Shown here piece by piece: positions 25,401-34,415 of a stretch of 64,000 nt of DNA. Location: positions 39,219-103,218 of IMG/VR virus record IMGVR_UViG_2974602649_000001; one strand, written 5' to 3'. The notes under the pieces are model-generated. The model ran no database searches and was not told the DNA's origin. It saw only the letters and a list, made by a program, of their open reading frames with translations. Position numbers and translations under genes: made by a program. Within the stretch, counting starts at the first letter, position 1. Every line of letters starts with the position of its first letter. The DNA is from a virus. Its lineage: Duplodnaviria; Caudoviricetes.

Positions 25401-28227
25401 AGACCAGATTGATAACATCTCGGATGCTCTGCTCTATGACCCAACCAAGACTTACGTCAAGGGTGATGTTGTTCGTATGAACAATCGGTTGTATCAGGCA
25501 CTTGGGAACGTACCGCTGAACAGCCCTCCACCTAATGCAGCACTGTGGCAGGATATCGGTTCGTACGGTGAAACAATCAATAACCTCACAATTAAGGTTG
25601 ACAAGAACACCCAGGATATCGGTCTGATTGACGGTAAACTGACTAGTACTGTTGAGTCCCTTGACCTTATGCGTGCAGCGTACCGTCAAGATGATGGTGA
25701 AGGTTCTCTGCAAGATGCATTGCGTGGGTGGGAAAGTGAGGCTACAATTGCAACAGAGATGCTTACTCGTGCGAACGAAGACGAAGCTCTGGCACAGCGT
25801 ATCACCACAATGTCCGCTCGTGTTGATGAGAGTGAAGCCAAGATCAACTCTATGGAACAAACGATTGCAACCAATGAATCGGCAATGGCCCAACGAGTGT
25901 ACTCGCTTCAAGCTGAAGTCATGGATAACCGTACTGAAATTCTCTCCCTGAACAAGGTAGTGGCTGAAACTAACCAAGTTACAGCAGAACGTTTGGACTC
26001 CATGAGTGTTGCGATTAACGAAACAAAAGGTAGCATCAGCAGCCTGAGTGAAGTGGTGGCAACTAGCAACAATGTATTGGTTCAACAAGTAAACACACTG
26101 AGTGCTGAGCTTAAAAACTCAAACGCAATAATCTCTGATATCACAACAGTTATCATTGATAACAACCAAGCTCTCGTTGAGCGGGTGAATCAGATTGATA
26201 CTCGTGTAGGAACTGCTGAGACTAATATTACTACTCTCACCCAGACAGTTACAACAAACAACAACGCAACTAACCTTCGGATTGACAATCTGACTGCAAC
26301 AGTTGGTCAGAACACGGCTAAGATCGGAACATTGGAAACAACGGTTGCTAACGAAAAGACAGCGACTGCACAGCGTTTCGAGACGATGCAAACCGAAGTT
26401 GATGGTAACAAGTCGGCAATCACAAGTCTCACTGAGACAGTGACAACAAAAGATACGGCTACCAACCAGCGTATTGACAGCTTGACTACCAAGGTAAATG
26501 ACAACTCTGCTGCAATCACAACTCTGAGTGAAACTGTGACGGATCTTGAATCGGCAACAGCTTCCCAGATCACTCAACTTACAACCCGTGTTGGTAAAGC
26601 AGAGAGTGACATCACAACTCTTGCGCAGACCGTAACCACAAAGGACACAGCGACCAACCTTCGGATTGACACGCTTACTTCCAAGGTTGACGGTAACACT
26701 GCCAAGATTGGAACTCTTGAAACTACTGTGGCAACCGAGAAGACAGCAACCGCACAACGGTTCGCTACAATGCAAACTGAGGTTGATGGTAACAAATCAG
26801 CAATCTCGACATTGACTGAAACGGTAACCACAAAGGACACAGCAACTAACCAACGGATCGATACCTTGACAACTACGGTCAATGGTAACACTTCGGCAAT
26901 CACTAACCTGACTAAGACTGTTACAGACAACAACTCTGCGACGGTAAGTCAGATCAATGCGTTGACTACCCGGGTAGGTACTACTGAAACAAATATTACC
27001 ACATTGACTCAAACAGTCAACACCAAAGATGCAGCAACAAACCTGCGTATTGACAATCTGACCGCAACTGTTAACCAGAACAAGGCAGATATCAGCACTA
27101 TGCAAACAACAATCGTGAACAACGAGTCGGCAACGGCTCAGAAGTTCCAAACAATGCAAGCTGAAGTCAACGCAAACAAGGCGAATATTAGTACACTGGA
27201 AACAACAGTTGCTACTAACAATACAGCAATTAACACTCGTGTTGATAACCTCACCGCTACTGTTGATGGAAACACTTCTAAGATCACAACTCTGACGGAG
27301 ACTGTATCCACGCTGGAATCGTCTGTGGCAAGTATCCAAACTGACATTAGCGCAATCCACACAGTGGGCCGTGACGATGATGGTGAGGGTGACTTGAATG
27401 CTGCTCTGGGTGACTGGGGAACGCAGGCAAACATTGCAACTGAACAGAAGGTTCGTGCGGATGCTAACGAGGCTATGGCTTCGATCATCACTGACCTGAG
27501 TGCTAAGTTTACAACCGATATTGCATCCATGCAAGCGACCATCCACGAAGAGAGTGTTGCTCGGGCAACCGCTGACGAAGCCTTGGGTCAGCGGATTGAT
27601 ACTGTACAAGCTAACTTTGTAACTGAGCAAGGTCGAGTTAACGGTTTGATCCAAACTGAACAGACCACTCGTGCAAATGCTGACATTGCTCTCGGGCAGC
27701 GTATCGACACTGTACAGGCAACTGCCGGTAATAACTCTGCTGCAATTCAAACGCTGACATCTGCTCAGGCTAGCACTGACGGTAAGGTGAATGCTTCGTG
27801 GCAGGTTAAAATGGAGTTGAACGCACAAGGTCAGTACGTAGCTGCTGGTATTGGTCTGGGTATTGAGAACGGTCCAGCCGGTCTTCAGTCTCAGTTCCTT
27901 GTAAGGGCAGATCGGTTCGCAGTTGTAAACGGTGTCAATGGTACAACGTCTGCTCCATTTGTTGTTCAAGGTGGACAGGTGTTTATTGCCGATGCAATGA
28001 TCAACAAAGCAACAATCACAAACGCAATTATTGGTAGCACCCTCTCGTCCCAGTATTCAACCACTTGGGGTCCGGCATTGCCAACCTTGGTAATCAGCTT
28101 CGCGCAGGATGGTGCAATTGTAATGCGTAACCAAGTCCGACCAAACACTTACGCAACATATACGCCTGATGGTGTCAATATTGTTGTTGACGGTGTTACT
28201 CGTGTTCGGATGGGTACATGGCAATAA
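22459..28227 (+). CDS. Central tail fibre/host specificity protein (gpJ-like) with a long coiled-coil insertion
   Basis: AEGE, IFLDGTP, WAWTNNP, FN3-like region, CBM-like module, 32-aa repeats, GIGLG...ADRFAV C-terminus. Confidence 0.96.
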   Translation: MIPHIHGMKGGSQKPHTPVETPNNLLSVAYAKILMAVAEGELAGNPTAQDIFLDGTPLANADGSFNFDGVKWEWRSGTQHQTYIQGMPEVATEYNIGTELTNVTSWTRTVTTPGLDAVRITMQFPALLKQETNGDTNGTSVEFAIDMSPIGQPLTEVARYTVTGKTNQAYEKTYRVDLPASTRGWTVRVRRVTPDSTSSMLQNKTVVKSYTEVKDLKQTYPHTALLYVEFDSRTFGGGNIPKISVRTKGRIVQVPSTYDPEARTYTGVWSGDFKWAWTNNPIWVYYDLVTQDRFALGHKITPDMVDKWALYELAQYCDVMVDDGTGFGGKVPRHTCNVYIQEQQDAYQVLRDIAGIFNGMTYWDGNKMVAVADKKEDLTNAPIFSRANVVNGRFDYPAADDKSIYTSALVSFDDPDNHYESTVAATWERSQMQRWGGDRQTNLSAIGCTSRSEAQRRGKYVLLTNMYNRMVKFRTGLQGLDQAVLPGSIIHVVDPLMGGRPFTGRVAAVVNQRQIYLDRDSGAKVGDTLYVTLRNGKTEGRQIMRIGGNSVTVSTAYTQDPPINSVWYLESSDLKSQLFRVTKVTNPDPAVFEIEGVEYNESKYDAIDNGARLESRPINQVPDRMQQAPASVNITSRTYVEQTMAVTTMTISWPQTPNAVSYEVQWRVGDGDWVNVGVTGANEIDIKGIYAGEYLARVRARNSIGIGSVWTTSTLTSLAGKAGKPPTIASLTTTPMFFGIRLDWTFPPGATDTLKTEIMYSQNANFTSAIKLGDFSYPLDYNEMHGLKAGQKFWFWTRLTDRTGNVGDWYPATNLPGIVGTAMINDDGQYNDYLAGMIGETMLDKALYERLELIDGPSPDSLKNQITSVANRVTINEDRITDAENSITEVTGDLNQYKTQTNNRLTAAEASITKVNGDLNTFKVETNAKITAANQKIDGINASLTTKINDTNTKVDNINTALGQRIDATNTALNAAVTDLQDQIDNISDALLYDPTKTYVKGDVVRMNNRLYQALGNVPLNSPPPNAALWQDIGSYGETINNLTIKVDKNTQDIGLIDGKLTSTVESLDLMRAAYRQDDGEGSLQDALRGWESEATIATEMLTRANEDEALAQRITTMSARVDESEAKINSMEQTIATNESAMAQRVYSLQAEVMDNRTEILSLNKVVAETNQVTAERLDSMSVAINETKGSISSLSEVVATSNNVLVQQVNTLSAELKNSNAIISDITTVIIDNNQALVERVNQIDTRVGTAETNITTLTQTVTTNNNATNLRIDNLTATVGQNTAKIGTLETTVANEKTATAQRFETMQTEVDGNKSAITSLTETVTTKDTATNQRIDSLTTKVNDNSAAITTLSETVTDLESATASQITQLTTRVGKAESDITTLAQTVTTKDTATNLRIDTLTSKVDGNTAKIGTLETTVATEKTATAQRFATMQTEVDGNKSAISTLTETVTTKDTATNQRIDTLTTTVNGNTSAITNLTKTVTDNNSATVSQINALTTRVGTTETNITTLTQTVNTKDAATNLRIDNLTATVNQNKADISTMQTTIVNNESATAQKFQTMQAEVNANKANISTLETTVATNNTAINTRVDNLTATVDGNTSKITTLTETVSTLESSVASIQTDISAIHTVGRDDDGEGDLNAALGDWGTQANIATEQKVRADANEAMASIITDLSAKFTTDIASMQATIHEESVARATADEALGQRIDTVQANFVTEQGRVNGLIQTEQTTRANADIALGQRIDTVQATAGNNSAAIQTLTSAQASTDGKVNASWQVKMELNAQGQYVAAGIGLGIENGPAGLQSQFLVRADRFAVVNGVNGTTSAPFVVQGGQVFIADAMINKATITNAIIGSTLSSQYSTTWGPALPTLVISFAQDGAIVMRNQVRPNTYATYTPDGVNIVVDGVTRVRMGTWQ
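25843..27360 (+). repeat. About 16 x 96-bp (32-aa) coding repeats with a 384-bp higher-order period inside gpJ
   Basis: Blocks start at 25843, 26227, 26611, 26995 (384 bp apart); e.g. IGTLETTVANEKTATAQRFETMQTEVDGNKSA recurs almost exactly. Confidence 0.9.
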
Positions 28228-28260
28228 GGGACTTCGGTCCCACTAACATAGGAGAATTCA

Positions 28261-28566
28261 ATGGCTGGTACTGGCATGCAGGTATTCACAAGTACTGGAT
28301 TACTTGTGATGGATCTTACAAGATCCTACAGTCAACATCAAGGAAGTTTTACAACAGGTGCTGTTGCTGGCTCGGGGACGATGGAGCCTCTTCCAGCAGG
28401 AAAGCAGCGTTTCTATTTCATTGTGGGTCTTGGTAGTAACACAAGTTCAGTTGGTCATCTACCGGGTGTAACTATTTCAGGTAACACTTGTTCATGGTCG
28501 TATCAACACACTGACTGGTTTGGTCACTATTCACAAAACGCAATGATTCACTATGGATATTTCTAA
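28261..28566 (+). CDS. Tail tip-associated protein (putative)
   Basis: Follows gpJ; GMQVF..TG.L..D N-terminus. Confidence 0.65.
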   Translation: MAGTGMQVFTSTGLLVMDLTRSYSQHQGSFTTGAVAGSGTMEPLPAGKQRFYFIVGLGSNTSSVGHLPGVTISGNTCSWSYQHTDWFGHYSQNAMIHYGYF

Positions 28567-28575
28567 GGAGGTGTA

Positions 28576-29469
28576 ATGGCTGGTACAGGATTTGAACTAT
28601 TTAATGAAAGTGGTCAGATTCTTTTGGCAACTGATAAGATCCTGTACGGGCTTCTTAAATCTGACTACGTTCAACTATCCCACTGGATGCATTGGTACAC
28701 TTTAAGGTCTGCAAACCTAAGACCTGACCGTGAATCTAGCTGGTCACCAGAGGGAGGTGACGGTGCTCCCGGGCATAGTCCAATCGCATACATCTCTGTT
28801 GCAAACGCAATCGCTCCAATTTGTTTTGTAGCGGGTGACCATGTACCTTATGGTACAAGTGTTGTTGGTAACGTCACAACCTTCTGGTTCCATGGTGTTT
28901 TCCCCAATACGAAAGCTTATATTTTCGACTTGATGAATGACAGAGGAACCAAGGCTGGATTCCAGACATTCAATTCTGCTGGTCAGCTAACATTTACCTC
29001 TGAAATGCCTTCTCTGAATATTCTGTCTGTGGTTTCACCCCCACCCCCAGTACCGACACCTAACTATGAGGGTTATTTCAACAGCCCTTATACTGGTGCA
29101 ACCTTTGATGTAGTACCTTACTACTGGGATGCTGAAAGAGAGGGAGCTACAGGCGGTGCTCAGTGGAGAGTTTGGCGAAGAGGTATTGTAACAATACCAA
29201 CTGGTTTAAATGGTGAACTAGCAACAAAAATAACATTTACAAGGAATGCTGGTATTTCAATTTACGACTCCCTAAACAGCGTTGTTGCTGCAATTGAAGG
29301 GTGTGGTTCATCTGGTGGCAATGTTAGGTTTTTCTTCATGCCAGATGCATTCTCTTTAAAAAGCTCACCCTTTGGTCAGTATGGTGGCTTTCAAGGTATC
29401 CCCACCGACCGATATCCTCAGGTTTTATCAATTCTAACATCTGATTACCCATTCCCTTTTCAAGCTTAA
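28576..29469 (+). CDS. Tail tip-associated protein, possibly receptor-binding
   Basis: GFELFNESGQI and internal GFQTFNSAGQLTF repeats. Confidence 0.65.
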   Translation: MAGTGFELFNESGQILLATDKILYGLLKSDYVQLSHWMHWYTLRSANLRPDRESSWSPEGGDGAPGHSPIAYISVANAIAPICFVAGDHVPYGTSVVGNVTTFWFHGVFPNTKAYIFDLMNDRGTKAGFQTFNSAGQLTFTSEMPSLNILSVVSPPPPVPTPNYEGYFNSPYTGATFDVVPYYWDAEREGATGGAQWRVWRRGIVTIPTGLNGELATKITFTRNAGISIYDSLNSVVAAIEGCGSSGGNVRFFFMPDAFSLKSSPFGQYGGFQGIPTDRYPQVLSILTSDYPFPFQA

Positions 29470-29484
29470 CATAGGAGTCATTAT

Positions 29485-31047
29485 ATGGCATGGTATGGCA
29501 CAGGTACAGTTGCAGTAACTCTCAATAGCGTTACTGTCACAGGTACAGGAACTCAATTCTCTGCCAACGTTCGCGTTGGTGATGCGTTCAAAGGTCCAGA
29601 CGGAAGGTGGTATGAAGTAACAAACGTTGCTTCCGCTACTGTAATTAGCATTAGCCCAGCGTATGCTGGTACTACAGCAACCACTCAGGCTTACACAATT
29701 GCCCCAATTCAGGGTTATGTCAAAGAGTCTGCTGACCAGCTTCGGTCAATTACAAACCAGTATGGTGCAACTCTTGCACTGTTCGGGAATGCTGCAAATA
29801 TTACAACACTGCGGACAAACATTCAAGCAGCTAAGTCTGGTGCAAACAGTGACATTACGTCTATCACAGGACTCACCACAGCCCTTGCTGTTAGTCAGGG
29901 CGGTACAGGTGGCAACACGCAAGCTGCTGCTCGTACGGGTCTTGGTTTGGGGACTGCTGCAACATCAGCAACATCTGTTGCTCAGGTAATCGACGCAGCG
30001 AGTATGAACCTTCCTAGTGCTGATTTAACTCGGTTGGCTGAGGCAGTTTACGCTGCACGAGTTAACTTTGGTTTCTACACTGGTGGTACAACAACCCTTA
30101 ACATTGATACACTCCCTAACGGTTGGGTTGGTCTTGTTTCCTCGACGGCAAGTGGGACTAAGCCCCCTCTTACAGGTACTAACTGGTGGATTGAAACACA
30201 AGCAACCTACACAGGCGGATCTGCGTTGCAGACAGCTTGTCGATATCATGGTGCCGCTACAACAGGTCTTGTTACTGAGATTGCTTTCCGTATTCGTAAC
30301 CAGCCCGGTACTGCATGGAGTCCATGGACTAAGGTTCTCGGTACTGATGATGCTGTATCTAGCAACTCTGATGTTACTGCTGGTAAACTTCTGACAGTTG
30401 GTTACCAAGGTTTGGGTGCTAACACCTGCCCTTCGGTTGCTGACCTTAACCTCACATCTAACGTTAACGGTTGGACTTGGCTTACTTCTGGCTCCTTGAA
30501 CTCCCCTTCTGGTTATGCTTCTGGCTCTAACCTGTTCACAATGGCCGCAAGTGCTGCTGAAGGTTTCCAGATTTTGTCTGCTCGAAACACAAACGGTAGG
30601 TTTGCTGTTCGTCGTCGAGTTAGCTCTACATGGGGTAACTGGATTGAACCTTACATGCCATGGAACGTTGTAGGTACTGTATCGGGTACTTCCACAAACG
30701 TTACTGGTTCTGTTATCGAACGTGGATCTAACGCTCAGGGTGACTACGTTAAGTTTGCTGATGGTACGATGATCTGCTGGGGTTCTTACACTTCTGGGGT
30801 TCTCGGAATCACAGGTGCTCTTGTTGGTGGATACGCATCGGCTGTTAGTACATTCGCTTTCCCTGCAACGTTCAGTGCTGTTCCTTTCCTGAACGCAACA
30901 CCAACACATTTGACTTGCTTCGGTGTAATCAATGCTTCGACAACCACAGCAACCCAAGGTGCTGTCCAGTTCTTGGCAGTAACTTCTCAATCAACAGCAA
31001 TCGCTCGTCGCTGCAACTGGGTAGCAACCGGTCGTTGGGCAGCCTAA
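29485..31047 (+). CDS. Side tail fibre
   Basis: MAWYGTGTVAV...VTGTGTQF N-terminus, AKSGANSDITSI, ERGSNAQGDYVKFADGTMICWG C-terminal domain. Confidence 0.92.
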   Translation: MAWYGTGTVAVTLNSVTVTGTGTQFSANVRVGDAFKGPDGRWYEVTNVASATVISISPAYAGTTATTQAYTIAPIQGYVKESADQLRSITNQYGATLALFGNAANITTLRTNIQAAKSGANSDITSITGLTTALAVSQGGTGGNTQAAARTGLGLGTAATSATSVAQVIDAASMNLPSADLTRLAEAVYAARVNFGFYTGGTTTLNIDTLPNGWVGLVSSTASGTKPPLTGTNWWIETQATYTGGSALQTACRYHGAATTGLVTEIAFRIRNQPGTAWSPWTKVLGTDDAVSSNSDVTAGKLLTVGYQGLGANTCPSVADLNLTSNVNGWTWLTSGSLNSPSGYASGSNLFTMAASAAEGFQILSARNTNGRFAVRRRVSSTWGNWIEPYMPWNVVGTVSGTSTNVTGSVIERGSNAQGDYVKFADGTMICWGSYTSGVLGITGALVGGYASAVSTFAFPATFSAVPFLNATPTHLTCFGVINASTTTATQGAVQFLAVTSQSTAIARRCNWVATGRWAA

Positions 31048-31056
31048 GGAGGATAT

Positions 31057-31386
31057 ATGATTATCAACTTCATCGCAATTCGGTCTGATGACCCATATAC
31101 CGCTTCTGTGGATGGTGACAAGATCACTATTGAAGGGGAAGTCTTTGACTTCACCCCTCTCCCGGAAGGGGCAACACTGCCAGCAAGTGCTATTTCCAGC
31201 CCAAGGTTCTTTGGATCCGTTAGTCGGCATGGTGGGGCAATTGAGGTAACACTGTTTAGTCCGCATGGTGCAAATGCTCCTGCATCGTCTAGACAGAATA
31301 GCACGAAGACAGTACTCTTTGGTGAAGTTCCTTTCCCAGAGTACGATACTGTTCAGGAAGAACCAGTTTATGAGGAGGAAGTATGA
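31057..31386 (+). CDS. Tail fibre-associated protein
   Basis: GD.ITI.GEVFDFTPLPEGATLPASAI; follows the fibre. Confidence 0.7.
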   Translation: MIINFIAIRSDDPYTASVDGDKITIEGEVFDFTPLPEGATLPASAISSPRFFGSVSRHGGAIEVTLFSPHGANAPASSRQNSTKTVLFGEVPFPEYDTVQEEPVYEEEV

Positions 31387-31766
31387 ACATTGACTTCGGA
31401 CAAACAATTACGCTTGAGACAGCAAAGAAAGAACGTGACGATCAAATCCGAGTTCTGATTTCTGGAAGGCGATATGAAAAGGAAATCAAGGGTATCACAT
31501 TCAATGGTACTAAGTTCAGTACCGATCGTCAAAGCCAGTCAATGCTCACAGGTGCTGCTGTAAGTGCAATGCTTGACCCATCTTACTCTGTGAAGTGGAA
31601 GACTAGTGCTGGTTTTGTTCAGCTTAGTTCGTCTGAGGTTATTGCTGCTGCTCAGGCTGTTAGAGCACATGTTCAGGCGTGTTTTGATCGTGAAGCTGAA
31701 TTGACTACGGCACTTGAGGATGGGACTTACTTGAGTTCAATGCTTGATGAAGGCTGGCCTGAATGA
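31383..31766 (+). CDS. DUF4376-like tail fibre assembly protein
   Basis: TDRQSQ, WKTSAGFVQL, HVQACFDRE. Confidence 0.8.
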   Translation: MNIDFGQTITLETAKKERDDQIRVLISGRRYEKEIKGITFNGTKFSTDRQSQSMLTGAAVSAMLDPSYSVKWKTSAGFVQLSSSEVIAAAQAVRAHVQACFDREAELTTALEDGTYLSSMLDEGWPE

Positions 31767-32116
31767 GTAAGTTCAGTAAACTTCGTACCGAGCAGACATC
31801 TCGTACTTGGTTCAAGTTAACTGATGATCTAACCTACGGGGACATTACAGTCCCCAAGGGTTTTGATACCAACTACGCAAGTATTGAGGTATTCCATAAT
31901 ATTCTCCTATTCCCCATCTACGCTCTCTTTGCTGGGTATGGAAACCACGCAAGCACCTTACATGACTATCTGTACTCTCGACAAATACTACCTCGTAAAG
32001 ATTGCGACAGAGTGTTCTATGAGGCACTACGCGACGAAGGTGTAGCCAAGTGGAGGGCATGGTTAATGTGGGCAGGTGTAAGGATTGGAGGATCTAAAGC
32101 CTACAGAGGAGGTTAA
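31763..32116 (+). CDS. DUF1353-like protein
   Basis: VPKGFDTNYASI, LHDYLY, D.VFYEAL, MWAGVRIGG. Confidence 0.8.
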   Translation: MSKFSKLRTEQTSRTWFKLTDDLTYGDITVPKGFDTNYASIEVFHNILLFPIYALFAGYGNHASTLHDYLYSRQILPRKDCDRVFYEALRDEGVAKWRAWLMWAGVRIGGSKAYRGG

Positions 32117-32611
32117 ATGAATGGTTTGAAACAGAAATTGCTAGCACTAGGTCTTACCGGTGCATTGGCAAGCACTGGGGTTATTGTTGCAGAACATGAG
32201 GGTTTGGTACTTGGTACTTACGTTGATCCTGTTGGTATCGTTACATCGTGCTATGGGAATACTGGGAAAGACTCTAAAGGGAATAAGCTTGTTGTAGGAA
32301 CTAAGTATTCGGAGGCTGAGTGTCTTCGTCAACTGGCTGATGACCTTGATGAGTTCAACTACAAAGTAAAGAAACTCGTGAAGGTGAACATCAGTGATGA
32401 GGAACTGGCTGCCTATACTTCTTTTACATACAACGTTGGTATTGGGAACTTTAATGCTAGCACCCTACTTCGTAAGCTGAACGCCGGTGACCGTATTGGT
32501 GCTTGTAATGACCTTCCCAAATGGAAGTATGCGAAAGGAAAAGAACTCCCGGGCTTGGTTAAGCGTAGGGATAAAGAGAAACAATTATGTCTCAGTGGGG
32601 TAAACAAATGA
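32117..32611 (+). CDS. SAR endolysin (GH24 phage lysozyme)
   Basis: Gly/Ala-rich N-terminal anchor, E-x8-D-x5-T triad (HEGLVLGTYVDPVGIVT), SFTYNVG, LPGLVKRR. Confidence 0.93.
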   Translation: MNGLKQKLLALGLTGALASTGVIVAEHEGLVLGTYVDPVGIVTSCYGNTGKDSKGNKLVVGTKYSEAECLRQLADDLDEFNYKVKKLVKVNISDEELAAYTSFTYNVGIGNFNASTLLRKLNAGDRIGACNDLPKWKYAKGKELPGLVKRRDKEKQLCLSGVNK

Positions 32612-32868
32612 GTAAGTTCTACAAGCATGTTTGCAAGCATTATCATTTGTACTCCTTTATTGCCAACAGTCTTATTGCCGTATCTATGGCTGGCTTGGCT
32701 CTACTTGGCATCCTTACTAATGCAATGACAGTAGCTTGGCTTATTGGCTGGGGCTTCTTCTTTGCTGTTATGTTCGGTGTTGGTAAGTTGCTTGATCAAG
32801 AGATTGAAGACATGGGTAAAGTAAAGGATCATAAATGTGAAGACACTATTTGCAGCACTGAAAGGTAA
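32608..32868 (+). CDS. Holin (two transmembrane segments, putative pinholin)
   Basis: Two hydrophobic segments and a charged C-terminus, between endolysin and spanins. Confidence 0.65.
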   Translation: MSKFYKHVCKHYHLYSFIANSLIAVSMAGLALLGILTNAMTVAWLIGWGFFFAVMFGVGKLLDQEIEDMGKVKDHKCEDTICSTER

Positions 32869-33235
32869 AGTACTGTATGTGATCATCGTTGTACTTGCAA
32901 CACTGCTTGCTGCAACCTACATTGACCGAGGAATTATCGCAAATGACAGGGATAAAACCAAAGCGACGTTGGTTGAGGCAATCAGTATCAACGACCGATT
33001 GATCAAACAGAATAAACAACTTGCTGAAGATCTGAAGAACAAACCAAACGATAGTATCAAAATCGTTAAGGAAAGTTCAAGAGAGATTTGTAGCAGTACA
33101 GTCAAGAGTGAGGCGATTAAAAACCTCCCATCAACCAAAAGAGAGGTGACCCATGAAACAGCTACTGCTGGGATGGATGATCGTCTCCCTGATGATCTTA
33201 TCAGGGTGCTCGGTGAAGCAACCAGAGCCGATTAG
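32837..33235 (+). CDS. i-spanin (Rz-like)
   Basis: N-terminal TM plus coiled coil; overlaps the lipoprotein gene. Confidence 0.8.
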   Translation: MKTLFAALKGKVLYVIIVVLATLLAATYIDRGIIANDRDKTKATLVEAISINDRLIKQNKQLAEDLKNKPNDSIKIVKESSREICSSTVKSEAIKNLPSTKREVTHETATAGMDDRLPDDLIRVLGEATRAD

Positions 33236-33440
33236 AGAGACGGTATATGTGAAGCAGTACATCCCATGGGAATTGCTTCAAATAGAGTGTGGTGAGGCTC
33301 CTACGGGCACTACAGTGCGTTCTCTGGCTCTGGGTTACCAGAACAACACAGGATGTCTCAGAGCACACCAAAGAGTGATTGAGGGATTGATTAAAAATTA
33401 CACAGAAGAAGGAATTGAGATTTATGAGCGAAAAGACTGA
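33153..33440 (+). CDS. o-spanin (Rz1-like lipoprotein)
   Basis: Lipobox ILSGC; two further Cys. Confidence 0.82.
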   Translation: MKQLLLGWMIVSLMILSGCSVKQPEPIRETVYVKQYIPWELLQIECGEAPTGTTVRSLALGYQNNTGCLRAHQRVIEGLIKNYTEEGIEIYERKD

Positions 33441-33723
33441 GGGAGGTAAATTACAGGAACTGATTGAAAAGTTCGGCGGGTGGGCAGCTATTGCGTTGAT
33501 TACTCTGGTGGGCTTTATGTATCAGGGAGATAGAGCAAACACCCAAGCCAACATTGCCTCGCTGGAAAAGGTAGTTGCTGCTCAAGGCAGGGCTATTAGC
33601 CGGGTACAGGAAGGTAAAGTCAGTAAGGAAGAACTCAAGAACGTGCAAGAGCAATGGATTCGAGAGACAACTGGCCTTCGTCAAGACATTCGGGACTTCA
33701 TGAAATCTCAAAACAACAAGTAA
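33424..33723 (+). CDS. Single-TM coiled-coil protein in the lysis cassette
   Basis: WAAIALITLVGFMY TM followed by coiled coil. Confidence 0.65.
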   Translation: MSEKTEGGKLQELIEKFGGWAAIALITLVGFMYQGDRANTQANIASLEKVVAAQGRAISRVQEGKVSKEELKNVQEQWIRETTGLRQDIRDFMKSQNNK

Positions 33724-33730
33724 CAAGGAT

Positions 33731-33767
33731 GCCCCAGCACTAGGGATAGTGGTCTGGGGCTTTTCTT
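33731..33767 (+). terminator. Terminator at the convergence of late and leftward units
   Basis: GCCCCAG-CACTA-GGGA-TAGTG-GT-CTGGGGC-TTTTCTT. Confidence 0.85.
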
Positions 33768-33773
33768 CGTCTG

Positions 33774-33956
33774 TTAATTAACGAACCGATACTTGTCTGT
33801 GTTGACATAACCACTGACAACTTCTACAACATCGTATCGACCTTGGTCACGCAGAGCAGTGGCAACCTCTTCACAGTCTGCCATATCACCTTCAAACTTC
33901 ACATCATCAAAACCACCAGATGGATAATAGTGATGATAAGCTACAACATACGGCAT
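33774..33956 (-). CDS. Hypothetical protein
   Basis: SD AAGGAG; YYPSGG..D motif. Confidence 0.7.
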   Translation of the reverse strand: MPYVVAYHHYYPSGGFDDVKFEGDMADCEEVATALRDQGRYDVVEVVSGYVNTDKYRFVN

Positions 33957-34042
33957 TTCATTTCTCCTTTGTTAATCAACCAACTCTTCAGTTTGGTCCT
34001 GAAGGTGGTCACGACTTTCGAGGTGGTCTAGTTGTTTCTGCT

Positions 34043-34231
34043 TCATGACCACTTGCTCACATATACAGTCTTAGAGCAAGCTGGGCAGTTGATCATGTAA
34101 CTAGTACCTCCACCATCACGAGCACAACTGTAAGCACGTTCGGTGATGTCTGAAAAGCTGTACTCAAGAGTAGCCTTACAATTGGAGCATTTGCAAGTCT
34201 TTGCTGGTGCAACTTCAACTACACGAACCAT
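34043..34231 (-). CDS. Zinc-ribbon hypothetical protein
   Basis: CSNC...CPAC; SD GGAGG. Confidence 0.7.
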   Translation of the reverse strand: MVRVVEVAPAKTCKCSNCKATLEYSFSDITERAYSCARDGGGTSYMINCPACSKTVYVSKWS

Positions 34232-34232
34232 G

Positions 34233-34415
34233 TTAGTCCTCCATTCCAAGTTCAAAGCTTGTGTCGATGTCACTCATAACACCGCGAAGATCATCAGCAG
34301 CATTCAGAACAATCTGAACCAGTTCAAACTGACCTTCGTCACCGTTGATATCCTCAAGCTTACGCTCAATCGACTTGATCTGCAAGTACAGATTTTCAGC
34401 ATAGTCACGAACCAT
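34233..34415 (-). CDS. Hypothetical protein
   Basis: Coupled ORF. Confidence 0.65.
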   Translation of the reverse strand: MVRDYAENLYLQIKSIERKLEDINGDEGQFELVQIVLNAADDLRGVMSDIDTSFELGMED

